Shown here: positions 12,001 to 23,118 of the stretch, piece after piece
Layout: every line of letters starts with the position of its first letter
Position numbering within the stretch: the stretch's first letter is position 1
Origin: Ruditapes philippinarum
Taxonomy: Eukaryota
Direction of reading: 5' to 3'
DNA length: 64,000 bases
Assembly (NCBI RefSeq): GCF_026571515.1
Contig: NW_026867313.1
Location: 248,001 to 312,000 of the forward strand
Made by a program: the position numbers and the translations under genes
The notes under the pieces: model-generated
Databases searched by the model: none
Seen by the model: only the letters and a program-made list of their open reading frames with translations
Told to the model about the DNA's origin: nothing

Positions 12001-15000
12001 TTAACCTTGGCAAATTTTGAGAAGTATATTTAGTAAAGATATGCAACTCACTGGTTATTTTTCAGCACTCATCTTAATGTGAATTCCATAACTTAAACAT
12101 TCTTTCACCAAACTTCAAAATCTTGGTTCCAAATGGTAGTGAAGTGAAATAAAGCTGTCATTACAATGATTTCAAGAAATAAGTAGATATTGAAACTTGA
12201 AGTCACTGCAAGTGTGAAACAACAGAAATGTGACTGCTGTGTTTTTGTGAAAATAACCTGACTGAATGGCAGTTATTCGAAATGAATGAAGAAATTTTTG
12301 TATTGCGCATTTAATTATGATAAAATTAAATTATTATTTGCAATAACTGTTCAATCAACTCATCATTATTCATATGAAATTTTTATGAACCTTTATTTCC
12401 GATATGTCAAATAATGAAAGTAACTGTTGCAGCAGATTGCTCCCTGTTATTTTCCAATGGATTATTTTCATTGGTCTGCAGTTTTCTCACGGCCAATGAA
12501 AATACTTTATACGAAAATAAAAGGGAGCAATCAGTTGCAACAGTTACTATCATTACCATTGAGAATTTGACTTATCGGAAAAAAAGTTTGTTATAGTTTC
12601 ATATGATGCCAGATGATTAGTTGTCTATTTATTTCTTGAAGTCATTGAAATGACACTTTATTTCCTTTAAGAGTAATCAAGTCCCTACCATTTTGTACCA
12701 AGATCTTGAAATTTTGTGAAAAATGAGTGGCGAGTTGCATACAGTTACGAAATAATATGTATCCTTTTTTTTTGGCATAGTGACCAGTCAATGCTCCATT
12801 ACCTGTTTGTTTAACTTTAAATGAGGTCGACAAAAGGTCAGAAGGTCTAGATCTGACATTAGATTAATATTGATTTTATTTAGCTTACAGATCCCTCGCT
12901 TTGGTTTCCAGTGTTCACATGAATATATTACAAAAAGAATGTTTACATTTCTAATAATGCCAGATCAGGCAGAAATTATAAAAAATGTAAAATCCAAGAA
13001 ATCTCTTGTATGATCTGCACTGTAATCATAATATAAATAGCCAATCAAAACCAGAATATAATTTTGAATGTTGTGTTTTTTGTGTAATAGCTCTGTTATC
13101 TTTTGGAAATGTTACTATATATTTAAATTAACTTTGAATTAAGCAAACTCCGTAACAAGGCATGTTTGTTACTAAATATTTAAATTAACTTTGAATTAAA
13201 CAAACTCTGTAACAAGGCATGTTGACTATCTTCAAACAAGGCAGAATATATTGTGACAGAAATTTCAGTATTTCAGGGTCAAATTTTCTTTATTGAGCTT
13301 CCTCTGATCATCAGGTGCTTGGCTTCTGTAACCTGCTTAACTTGCTGAATTTCTTAAATGGACTTGTCCAGCTTCCATTATAATAGTTTGGAACTGTTCA
13401 TTGTGAATTTTAGTGTCTTGTTAAGTTCAAACCAATAATTAAATCAACCAATAGCATGAAGTCTAAATCTAATCAGACTGTATGGATGTACAAATAACCT
13501 TTTGACTCTGGACTTATTTACATTTTTCTATTGCAGGTGCTGTCAAGTTGCCTTCAGAAAAGATGGCTTCATCTACAAGAATACCAGAGTAAGACTTTGA
13601 TGAAAGACCATGATATTGAGGTGCAGCATTTTGAAGTTGTTGACAATGCCGACGCTGCCAAGTCAGTGCCTTCCAGACTCAGTGGGTGTTATTTTCTTTA
13701 TTGCTTATAATCTTTTAGAAGTTGGCAAAGATAATGTCAATCACATGCCGCATATATAGAGCTATTATTAATTAAGATGAATAATACTAACATTCACAGT
13801 CCTGTTTATTCACAGAGTATCATAAGTGCATGTTTAAAGAAATACAAGTTCTTGTTGGGAGATATTCTGTAGCTGAGCTATCAGAACATAAAACTGGAAT
13901 TAAGCATTCAGATATTACATGCTTATTGAGCTGAGAAATTATACATATACATGCATATGATTTACAAAATGGAGGTAAATGCTCTAGTAAGTGTTTGAGT
14001 TGAATATTATAAAAAAAATTGAGTAAATCTCTGTAAATTTCTAGTTTTCAAATTTTTCTTGCTTAAGAAGATGGAAAGAAACTGTGATTGTTCATTTGTG
14101 AAGTTTTGTTTCATCTTGGTTAATTTGTATTGGTGTTGAAAAGTAACATTAACTTTACCTTTGTATAAAACATAGTATTTGAATTCGGTATATATTGAGT
14201 TGTTATTTTTTTTTTACTTGTATAGATGCTTCTGAATATGTGATAAAAGCTCAAATTTTGGCTGGAGGAAGAGGGAAAGGTACATTCTCTAATGGATTTA
14301 AAGGAGGTGTGCAGCTTACCAAAGAGTATGTATAAAAATTTAGTGATAATTTGCTCATGATTTAACTAGATTTCAAGTTTTACATTCATCAGAAAGGGCT
14401 TAGCGAAGCAAAATAATGTGGAAAAAAATATGAAGTCCTTTCATTTGTAAGAAATTGCTGATTTTATTTATGCTTGCATACTTTTGGGCATTACTGTATT
14501 ATTTATAAGTCATCTAGTCCCAGCTGTAGAATGCAAAGTAGATACCCATCATGTACACTGGATGGCTTCTGTTGATTTTTAATCGGTCATGACAAAGATC
14601 AATATAGAAAATATACTAATGGTACAATATGTAGTTTTGTACACCATTGTATACTTTCACTATTTTAGAGATTATGCTCCAGATAGTTGTTTAGTAACAA
14701 TAAAGTTGTTTCTCTTTCATTGTTTCTTTAATACAGTGTTTTATCTTTCTCGTTTCAAAATAAAGAAAATCAGTTTATGTCTTTAATATCTTTACTTTTA
14801 TTTGGATTAAAATATGTACTTAGTTCCGATTCCCCTGAAGTATGAAACAGAATTTAAAAAATCTGTATATTTCTTTGGTAGAGGTATAAATAAGGTCTCT
14901 TCTACAAGGCTGCACTTAAGTGATATAACTTGATATCTAACTAATATATTATACATGTCTATGTCCTGTAAAATGGTGGCGAAAGTTTGCATTACTTGTG

Positions 15001-18000
15001 TACAAGAAATTTGTTTATTTTAGCCCAAGCAAAGTTTCAGAGCTGGTCTCGAACATGGTGGGTCACAAACTTGTCACAAAACAAACACACGGAGATGGTG
15101 TTCTCGTACAGAAAGTCATGGTCGCGGAGGCTCTTGATATTGCGCGTGAAACATATTTTGCCATACTTTTAGACAGACAGTATAATGGACCAGTCATTGT
15201 AGGAAGTAGTCAGGGTGGAGTGGACATAGAAGAAGTAGCTGTAAAAACTCCAGAAGCCATATTTCATGTATGTAATGTAGTAAAAATGTTAAAAATGCTA
15301 AAATGTATTCTCAGTATTAATTTTGAATGTTGTTATATTACGAAGGCACTGTATAATATAAAACGTATTACAGGCAACTTGCTACTAACTTAGCATTTTT
15401 ATTACGGTACCCAATTTGTGGATATGGGGGGGGGGGGTCAAATGGATATGGCCTTTCCGAGTTTCCGTCATTTGTGCTGTTAAAGTTCAATTTTCCTCAA
15501 GAGTTTCTATTTTTTTTTGTGTAAATACTGAGTTATTTTTCACTAAAATTTAAGGGAATTCAATCCCTTCCCTTGCCTGTGGAAAAAAACCCTGCTAGTC
15601 CTGTTGGTATTACTATGTATTCTCATATGTCATCAGGGTACTGGTTAGTTCTAGAAAAGGGGACTTGGAGTGGTTCAAAGAAGTTACATATTTTCTTCAC
15701 TATCAAAGTTATAAACAAGTAAACTTAAATGTATGGACAGAAATGAATAAGTCACCAATTGGTTTCATGATGGTTGATCCATTCTTCAGGTTGTCATATA
15801 AATGTAGACCCTGGTATATAGATGTGTTGGCTTACATGTATTTTCACAGAATTGATTTCATTTCTTTGGCACATAAGGTGAATCGAATTTGCTTGAAAAT
15901 GTTGCTGAACAAGAATCTTTCATGTGAAGAAGCTATCCAGCAATCTTTTGGATCCTAGATCGTTGTACTTGGCTGCTTGCTTTAGCCCTCTAGCACCTCA
16001 GGTTTTCCTCCTTTAGAACACCTTGCATGTCGCCATATGACCATTACATTGTCTGGCTGTGTCTGTGTGGCATTTGAATTCATAAAAAAAGAAGAACAGC
16101 AGAGTACTTTTTACTGACATCAATGATATTCTGATTTATTTTTATGTAGGAACCAGTTGATATCATGGAGGGTTTAAGTAAGGAAACAGCAGACAAGATA
16201 GCTGAAAAGCTTGGATTTAAAGGGAAACAACATGCTCTGGTAAGATCCTGATTTGTTTCTGCCATCAAACATAGTTTACTAGTACCTACTGTGAATGATC
16301 GGTAAAGACTGTTTTGATGTACATTTAAACACAAAAGTTGATGTTTTAAGAATGATTTCAAAGGTAAAAATCTTGAAAGTTGTGGTCACACAACATATTT
16401 AAGTTACAGCACAACCTCTGCCAAGCAACACCTTGTGTGAGACCAAGATTTGGTTTTAATATAGAGGGGTAACTGTAGTTGTGAAGAGTTAGTTGCTCTA
16501 CACAGGGCCTCTCTGCTGAGATTACACTGTAGTAGGTTTTGAAATGATTATCAATATTTGACAATGAGTGTATTCACTTAATTTTGTGGGCATTAAATTT
16601 TGTGATTATGTCACACCGAACATTTTGTGGGTTGTTAAATTTGTAGACTGTTTATTTAAGGTAAAATGTAAAAAATTAGATGCAAAATAATCTTACAGTA
16701 GATTAATTGAAATTTCATCGGATCTTAAATTCGTGGATTGACTTATCCACGAAAACCATGAAAATTAATAAACTAAAAATCATAACAATTTTGCATAAGT
16801 TATGAAGTTCTTAAGGTGACTTACATTTATTACAATTATGGGCTCAAATCTTGCTTAGTTACCTTAAAGGTTTTATGTAAGTAAGCTGTCCAGGTTCACA
16901 AAGGATCAGTTGTTAAGTTTTTGTTTGCAACCCTGCATAAAAAAACAACTTGTCCTAGAATCAGTATTGCTGTAGTATTTGTAGATCGTATCTTAAAATC
17001 TGTGTTTAAAATTAAAAAAAAAAAACCCATTGATTGCCTCAACTCTTGAGTATTGTGTACATGACATGCTCTAAGCTAACATTTATGTTCATGTTTTAAT
17101 AGAGGCATCGGACCAAGTGTTAAAACTTAAATCCAGCATTGAAAATAAAAAAAAATCCGCAATGATTGCCTCAAGTCTTGATCATTGTTTACATGACGTG
17201 CTCTAAGCTAACATTTATGTTCATGTATTAATATAGGCATCAGACCAAGTGTTAAAACTTTATAAGATGTTTATTGATGTTGATGCCACTCAGATCGAGA
17301 TCAACCCATTTGTGGAAACACCAGACGGACGAGGTAAATCAATTGATTATTTTCATCATAATATTGGGTTTAATATTTTCATTATTTTACAAAGAAGAAT
17401 TTTACATAGTTATGCCATTTGGTTGAGCTCACTGTAAAGAACATAAAAACATTAATTGGATTTTATTGAAAGCTATAAGCTTATTGAAACATTTTGAATC
17501 TATTCCTGAAACAAACCTGTTCTAAGGAATGAGCTTAAAGTTTCTTTTTCCGGAAACAAAGGCTTTCCCGTGGCGGGGTTTGAACCCACCCGACCAGCAA
17601 TTCTTAGATTACTAGTTTGACAAGCTAACCACTCAGCCATGCCACTACTGTCTGTAAAGTTGTCCTTCATTCATTAATCATGTTTTGATTTTCAGTTGTT
17701 TGTTTTGATGCAAAGATGAACTTTGATGATAACGCTGAGTACAGACAGAAAGAAATATTTGACATGGATGATTTATCAGAAATGGATCCCAGGGAGGTTG
17801 AGGCCACAGAGCATCACCTGAATTATATAGGACTTGAGGGAAATATAGGATGTCTAGGTTAGCCTATTAAATGAAAGGACTTAGGGAAAAGAAGAAAATC
17901 TGACAGATTTACTCATGCTTAGGGGAAAAGATCTAATTACAAGATTTGTTACTGCAGATGGTTCTAAAAATCTAATTACAAGATTTGTTACTGCAGATGG

Positions 18001-21000
18001 TCTAAAAATCTAATTACAAGATTTGTTACTGCAGATGGTTCTAAAAATCTAATTACAAGATTTGTTACTGCAGATGGACTAAAAATCTAATTACAAGATT
18101 TGTTACTGCAGATGGTCTAAAAATCTAATTACAAGATTTGTTACTGCAGATGGTTCTAAAAATCTAATTACAAGATTTGTTACTGCAGATGGTCTAAAAA
18201 TCTAATTACAAGATTTGTTACTGAAGATGGTCTAAAAATCTAATTACAAGATTTGTTACTGCAGATGGTTCTAAAAATCTAATTACAAGATTTGTTACTG
18301 CAGATGGTCTAAAAATCTAATTACAAGATTTGTTACTGCAGATGGTCTAAAAATCTAATTACAAGATTTGTTACTGCAGATGGTTCTAAAAATCTAATTA
18401 CAAGATTTGTTACTGCAGATGGACTAAAAATCTAATTACAAGATTTGTTACTGCAGATGGTCTAAAAATCTAATTACAAGATTTGTTACTGCAGATGGTT
18501 CTAAAAATCTAATTACAAGATTTGTTACTGCAGATGGTTCTAAAAATCTAATTACAAGAGTTGTTACTGCAGATGGTTCTAAAAATCTAATTACAAGATT
18601 TGTTACTGCAGATGGTTCTAAAAATCTAATTACAAGATTTGGTACTGCAGATGGTCTAAAAATCTAATTACAAGATTTGTTACTGCAGATGGTTCTAAAA
18701 ATCTAATTACAAGATTTGTTACTGCAGATGGTTCTAAAAATCTAATTACAAGATTTGTTACTGCAGATGGTTCTAAAAATCTAATTACAAGATTTGTTAC
18801 TGCAGATGGTCTAAAAATCTAATTACAAGATTTGTTACTGCAGGTGGTCTATGTGCAAGACCTTCTACAGTCCTCCAGGGATCTCAGCCTAACTTTTACA
18901 GAACTGTCATCATCTAATGCGTAGTAAAATGACATTAAAATTTCCCCATGTGACGATTGGTTGAGATGCAGTCACATGACAGTCAAATAAAAAGTGACAT
19001 TGACCAGACTCTTATGTGTTATTCATGTAAACAAATGCTGAATTTAAACATCTATTATTAGAAATCATTCTTTAATAACTTTACAGGATATAGTATAAGT
19101 TACTGGTTGACCAATCAAATACAAATGTTAAGTAAAAAAAAAAATATATATTGTAATTACAGATTCCAACAGCGTTTTAATGTTTATTAAAATACAAATG
19201 TTGAAAGAAAAAGATGTTTTGCTTTGCATTTTCTCCAAAGAAATTCTGGTATTTGCTTGCAGTAAATGGTGCTGGATTAGCCATGGCTACGATGGACATT
19301 ATCAAGTTGTTTGGAGGGGAACCAGCCAACTTCCTGGATGTTGGAGGCGGAGTTACAGAACAGCAAGTGTATAACGCATTCCATATTCTAACTGCTGATG
19401 CTCATGTAAGAGTTCTTACCTTCTTCAGGGTTGTTATCATATTGACAGTTCAGTAGTTAACATTAGGAGAAACCAGAAGCCATAAATAAAAGCTGTATGT
19501 TCTATTTCACTATCCAGCCTTAAAAATATACATTTAACCCTTACCACGCTGAATATCTAATATGGATTTGCTCATTTTACATTCTGGACAAAACCATTCA
19601 TCATTTTTTTGGGGGAAAAATTTAAAAATAAGTAGTGAATGAATAGCTTAAAGTGCAGACCATGATCAGATGAGGATTAAAGTTAAACTGGAGAAGTAAG
19701 ATATTTACCAAAATTATAATGCTAGTTTAATGTTGAATAAATTTCTTTTTTTAAAGGTTAAAGCGATATTGATAAATGTTTTTGGTGGTATAGTGAATTG
19801 TGAGACGATGGCTAATGGGATAATAAAGGCCTACACAGAAGCTCATATGACTGTTCCCATGGTTGTAAGACTTGAAGGTAAGTTGTCCAACCTTTACTGT
19901 GCTCAGTGTGTGAAATAGACTTGCACTGCTTTGATTTTGGAACTGTTTAAAAGTTTAAAGCAGCTTGCCTCCAGATTTATGCTAATTTTCATGAAAAATT
20001 TGAAAACAAATGTATTTAAAAGTAAAATATTGTGAAGTGAACAAAGAAAGTAAGTTACACATTGCAGACAGCATTTAAAATCCAGGTAAATTTCTAAAAA
20101 ACAAAATTATGCAAAAATAGACCTTACTGTAATAGTCACGCAGTAGAAATTTGGTGTTACTGCAAATTTAGTCTATACATGTATTTGCACATAACATATA
20201 TAAATAATTACTTAAATCTTTTTACTTTTCTGAAACTGGTAGTACATTTTTAGCTCGACTATTCGATAAGAATAAGTAGAGCTATTGCAGTCACCCGAGC
20301 GTCGGCGTCCGCTTATGTTAACCACTTATGTTAAAGTTTTTGTAATAGTTCAAATATTTTCAAAGTCCATAGACATATGGCTTTGAAACTTTGCACACTT
20401 GTTCACCATCATGACCCCAACCTGTAGACAGGAGGAGGTAACTCTATCAAGCATTTTGACAGAATAATGCCCCTTTTTCGACTTAGAATTTACGTTAAAG
20501 TTTTTGTAATAGTTCAAATATTTTCAAAGTCCATTGACATATGGCTTTGAAACTTTGCACACTTGTTCAACATCATGACCCCAACCTGTAAACAGGAGGA
20601 GGTAACTCTATCAAGCATTTTGACAGAATTATGCCCCTTTTTGACTTAGAATTTACGTTAAAGTTTTTGTAATAGTTCAAATATTTTCAAAGTCCATTGA
20701 CATATGGCTTTGAAACTGTGCACACTTGTTCACCATCATGACCCCAACCTGTAAACAGGAGGAGGTAACTCTATCAAGCATTTTGACAGAATTATGCCCC
20801 TTTTTTCGACTTAGAATTTACGTTAAAGTTTTTGTAATAGTTCAAATATTTTCAAAGTCCATTGACATATGGCTTTGAAACTTTGCACACTTGTTCACCA
20901 TCATGACCCCAACCTGTAAACAGGAGGAGGTAACTCTATCAAGCATTTTGACAGAATTATGCCCCTTTTTCGACTTAGAATTTACGTTAAAGTTTTTGTA

Positions 21001-21927
21001 ATAGTTCAAATATTTTCAAAGTCCATTGACATATGGCTTTGAAACTTTGCACACTTGTTCACCATCATGACCCCAACCTGTAAACAGGAGGAGGTAACTC
21101 TATCAAGCATTTTGACAGAATTATGCCCTTTTTCGACTTAGAATTTACGTTAAAGTTTTTGTAATAGTTCAAATATTTTCAAAGTCCATTGACATATGGC
21201 TTTGAAACTTTGCACACTTGTTCACCATCATGACCCCAACCTGTAAACAGGAGGAGGTAACTCTATCAAGCATTTTTTTTACTATCAAGCACTAAGAATA
21301 GTCGAGCGTTGCTGTCCTACCGACAGCTCTTGTTCTTTAGTTTGTTTTCCTTGTATATTTTTTATGTTTCATTTGTATAATGTACTACATCAGCAAGTCA
21401 TTATGATGACCAAAGAGAATTTGAAACTAAGCAGCTAACATAGATTTTGATGTAACTGTACATTATCTTCAAGTCATTATTGTTTCTTAGATACAGAATA
21501 TTGTTTCTTAGATAAGAAACTTGCTTCCATGTCTTTCTCTATAATTCATTGCTCTTTGCCATTTTCATTTCTCAAAGCACTTTCATTTATTGACATTTGA
21601 TATGTTGATACCATCTATGTACCACTATTCTCTGATGTGGTTTCAAGGTCAGTTAGGTTATGGTCACTGATACAAATAATAGAATTTTCTACTTTTTCTT
21701 AAAACATTGCCTAGCTTACGAAGATTTTTTTGTTTCGACTTTGAAATACAAAATGCAAAATTACAAATAAAAATTTGTAAAATACATTGGCGATTTTATC
21801 ATTTATTCTAGGTCAGAATGCTGCATCTGCTTTACAAATTTTGAAGGACAGTGGTTTGGACATTACAACCGCATCGGATATGGCAGACGCTGCCCAAAAA
21901 GTTGTCTCTTTGCTACCAAAGTCTTGA
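8933..21927 (+). CDS. SUCLG2: Succinate-CoA ligase [GDP-forming] subunit beta, mitochondrial (10 exons, 429 aa)
   Basis: Exons 8933-9004, 13537-13681, 14226-14325, 15024-15267, 16150-16239, 17237-17333, 17696-17857, 19263-19405, 19757-19877, 21812-21927 splice in frame (1290 nt). Arg-rich transit peptide, [69 protein letters not shown] (GDP-type; SUCLA2 has GGIMRC), VVRLEG. Confidence 0.96.
9280..10332. repeat. Degenerate ~320-350 bp tandem triplication in SUCLG2 intron 1
   Basis: AAAATAATT...TGTCATTC.GTA...CGAAAAGTTGCGAT recurs at ~9358, ~9672 and ~10018. GCTCGATTT.CTTTTACCGTGAAATA recurs at ~9286 and ~9989. Confidence 0.75.
10445..12026 (-). mobile_element. Tc1-family DNA transposon, full length (~1.58 kb), inactivated transposase
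   Basis: TIRs TACTACTCAAAATTTGC and GCAAATTTTGAGAAGTA, each flanked by TA. Frameshifted transposase (~11744-10700) with HTH N-terminus, FTDESRF, DENARAH and a frameshifted WPARSPDLNTIE motif (Tc1-type DDE). Confidence 0.92.
12040..12740. mobile_element. Fold-back (long inverted repeat) element
   Basis: Outer arms 12098-12187 and 12624-12725, and inner arms ~12356-12475 and ~12491-12623, are imperfect reverse complements. Confidence 0.75.
13110..13223. repeat. ~58 bp direct tandem duplication
   Basis: TGTTACTA.ATATTTAAATT..AACTTTGAATTAA.CAAACTC.GTAACAAGGCATGTT occurs twice. Confidence 0.8.
13537..13681 (+). CDS. SUCLG2: SUCLG2 exon 2
   Basis: TTGCAG acceptor; encodes [11 protein letters not shown]. 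Confidence 0.93.
14226..14325 (+). CDS. SUCLG2: SUCLG2 exon 3
   Basis: Encodes [24 protein letters not shown]. Confidence 0.95.
15024..15267 (+). CDS. SUCLG2: SUCLG2 exon 4
   Basis: Encodes LVTKQT...[11 protein letters not shown]...GGVDIEEVA. Confidence 0.95.
15918..16070 (+). mobile_element. Degenerate SINE body (relatives at ~34622-35392, interrupted, and ~52488-52635)
   Basis: TCATGTGA.GAAGCTATCCAGC...TTCCTCC...GTCGCCATATGACC motif set is shared by three loci. Confidence 0.55.
16150..16239 (+). CDS. SUCLG2: SUCLG2 exon 5
   Basis: Encodes EPVDIMEG...AEKLGF; TAG acceptor and GTAAG donor. Confidence 0.92.
17237..17333 (+). CDS. SUCLG2: SUCLG2 exon 6
   Basis: Encodes [18 protein letters not shown]. 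Confidence 0.95.
17476..17646 (-). mobile_element. tRNA-derived SINE with Meta-like central domain
   Basis: On -: A box TGGCTGAGTGG, B box GGTTCAAACCC, then AAGAAACTTTA..CTCATT.CTTAG.ACAGGTT.GTTTCAGGAA..GATTC, resembling the Meta-SINE domain. Confidence 0.7.
17696..17857 (+). CDS. SUCLG2: SUCLG2 exon 7
   Basis: Encodes [16 protein letters not shown]...[13 protein letters not shown]. Confidence 0.95.
17931..18850. repeat. 38-39 bp minisatellite, ~24 copies, in SUCLG2 intron 7
   Basis: ATCTAATTACAAGATTTGTTACTGCAGATGG(T)TCTAAAA repeated head-to-tail with no spacers. Confidence 0.97.
19263..19405 (+). CDS. SUCLG2: SUCLG2 exon 8
   Basis: Encodes [13 protein letters not shown]...[10 protein letters not shown]. 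Confidence 0.95.
19757..19877 (+). CDS. SUCLG2: SUCLG2 exon 9
   Basis: Encodes [15 protein letters not shown]...VVRLE. Confidence 0.95.
20247..21334 (+). mobile_element. Second HINE-type family with ~6 x 164 bp internal monomers
   Basis: TTTTTAG start, subterminal inverted repeat GCTCGACTATTC/GAATAGTCGAGC, terminal hairpin GCTGTC-CTACC-GACAGC, CTTGTT end. GTTAAAGTTTTT recurs every 163-165 bp. Confidence 0.88.
21812..21927 (+). CDS. SUCLG2: SUCLG2 exon 10 (terminal)
   Basis: Encodes [11 protein letters not shown]...[13 protein letters not shown] then TGA. Confidence 0.92.
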
Positions 21928-22777
21928 TGTACTGTTCTATAAATAGAAAATCTTAAATGAAACATTTTATAGAAGCTAGTGTACAATCATTGACCAAATT
22001 ATAATTGCTATTTTTTTGCCAGATTTAGTTGTGATACTGATTATGTTGAGGGTAATTAATTTGTTTTGAGTGATAATAGAATATGTTACATCGAGAAAGA
22101 GAATTTTTTCAAGAATAAGAATGAAACTATTATTGTTTTAGAATGGAGAAATTTTTGCGAGAGGGGGCAGGGAATTATATTTTCAAATCTATTGGGATTC
22201 TATATAAAGCTATGTATTAAGATTGGAGATCAGCTTTGCCATTGGTCAAATTTTCTTACGTTGGTGAGATGTTTTTAGGGTGGCAGTATTTCACCTAGTG
22301 CCATTTTCATAACTTTTGATCTAGCTCAGACTTCAACATCATAAAATTCATGAAAAGGTTGATGATCATAGAATGACCACCTTGCTCAGGGATCTTTAGC
22401 TAGCTGATTTCATCAATACTTGTGTCACTGGCTTGGTTGACTCTCCAGTGTTCCTTGTTTTCCATCTTTACATTGGTATCAATGCTTTTTTCCCCTTATT
22501 TTATCTTACCTATTCCTTAAAACTTATTCCTGATTTCCGATTATCTTTTGCTAGCATTCTGCTGGAGGGCATATTAATTATTAAAAAGAGCACATTATTT
22601 ATAGAAAATTTTATTAAGTCAATTTATCAAACAAGATAAATATTGAAAATTTTGGTGATAATGTTCGTGGATTATATTTGTTTCAATAGTCATATATATT
22701 ATATATAATTAAGTGTTCAGCCATTGTTGTTCGAGGTTTTCCTATAGATCTCAGATCAAACATTATCATTCTTTAAA

Positions 22778-22986
22778 TTAACCCTTTACCTGCTGAATTT
22801 CTTGAATAAACTTGTTCAGCTTCAGTTTCTGGAACCATCCATTATCCGTGCTGGGTATATGAAGAAAAAAATTGAAAATCAGTCCACAGTATAGAGCCTG
22901 GTCAGACTGCATGGTTGTGCAGGCTTGCTGGGCTACATACATGTGACTAAGGCTCATCACTTTTGGTTCAAGCAGGGTGAGGGCTA
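22778..22986 (+). mobile_element. Short TTAACCC-type non-autonomous element (decayed relatives at ~13330-13510, ~19535-19685, ~27780-27935)
   Basis: TTAACCCTTTACCTGCT...AGCAGGGTGAGGGCTA terminal inverted repeat; internal CAGACTGCA...GTGCAGGCT core shared with the other copies. Confidence 0.55.
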
Positions 22987-23118
22987 CTATTAAGACAAAC
23001 CATTAGCCGAGAAAACAGTTTTGTAATATACTTGTATATGTAAATTTGATTCTTCAGTTTATTTGTGGTTATCCCCCTTTATTAATCAGTTTATTTGTTG
23101 TTATCCCCCTTTATTAAC

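Noticed and set aside
17931-18850. CRISPR-like array of ~38 bp repeats
   Set aside because: No unique spacers, no cas genes, and it lies in a eukaryotic intron; it is a minisatellite.
8933-21927. SUCLA2 (ADP-forming) assignment
   Set aside because: FGGIVNC and [10 protein letters not shown] match the GDP-forming paralogue.
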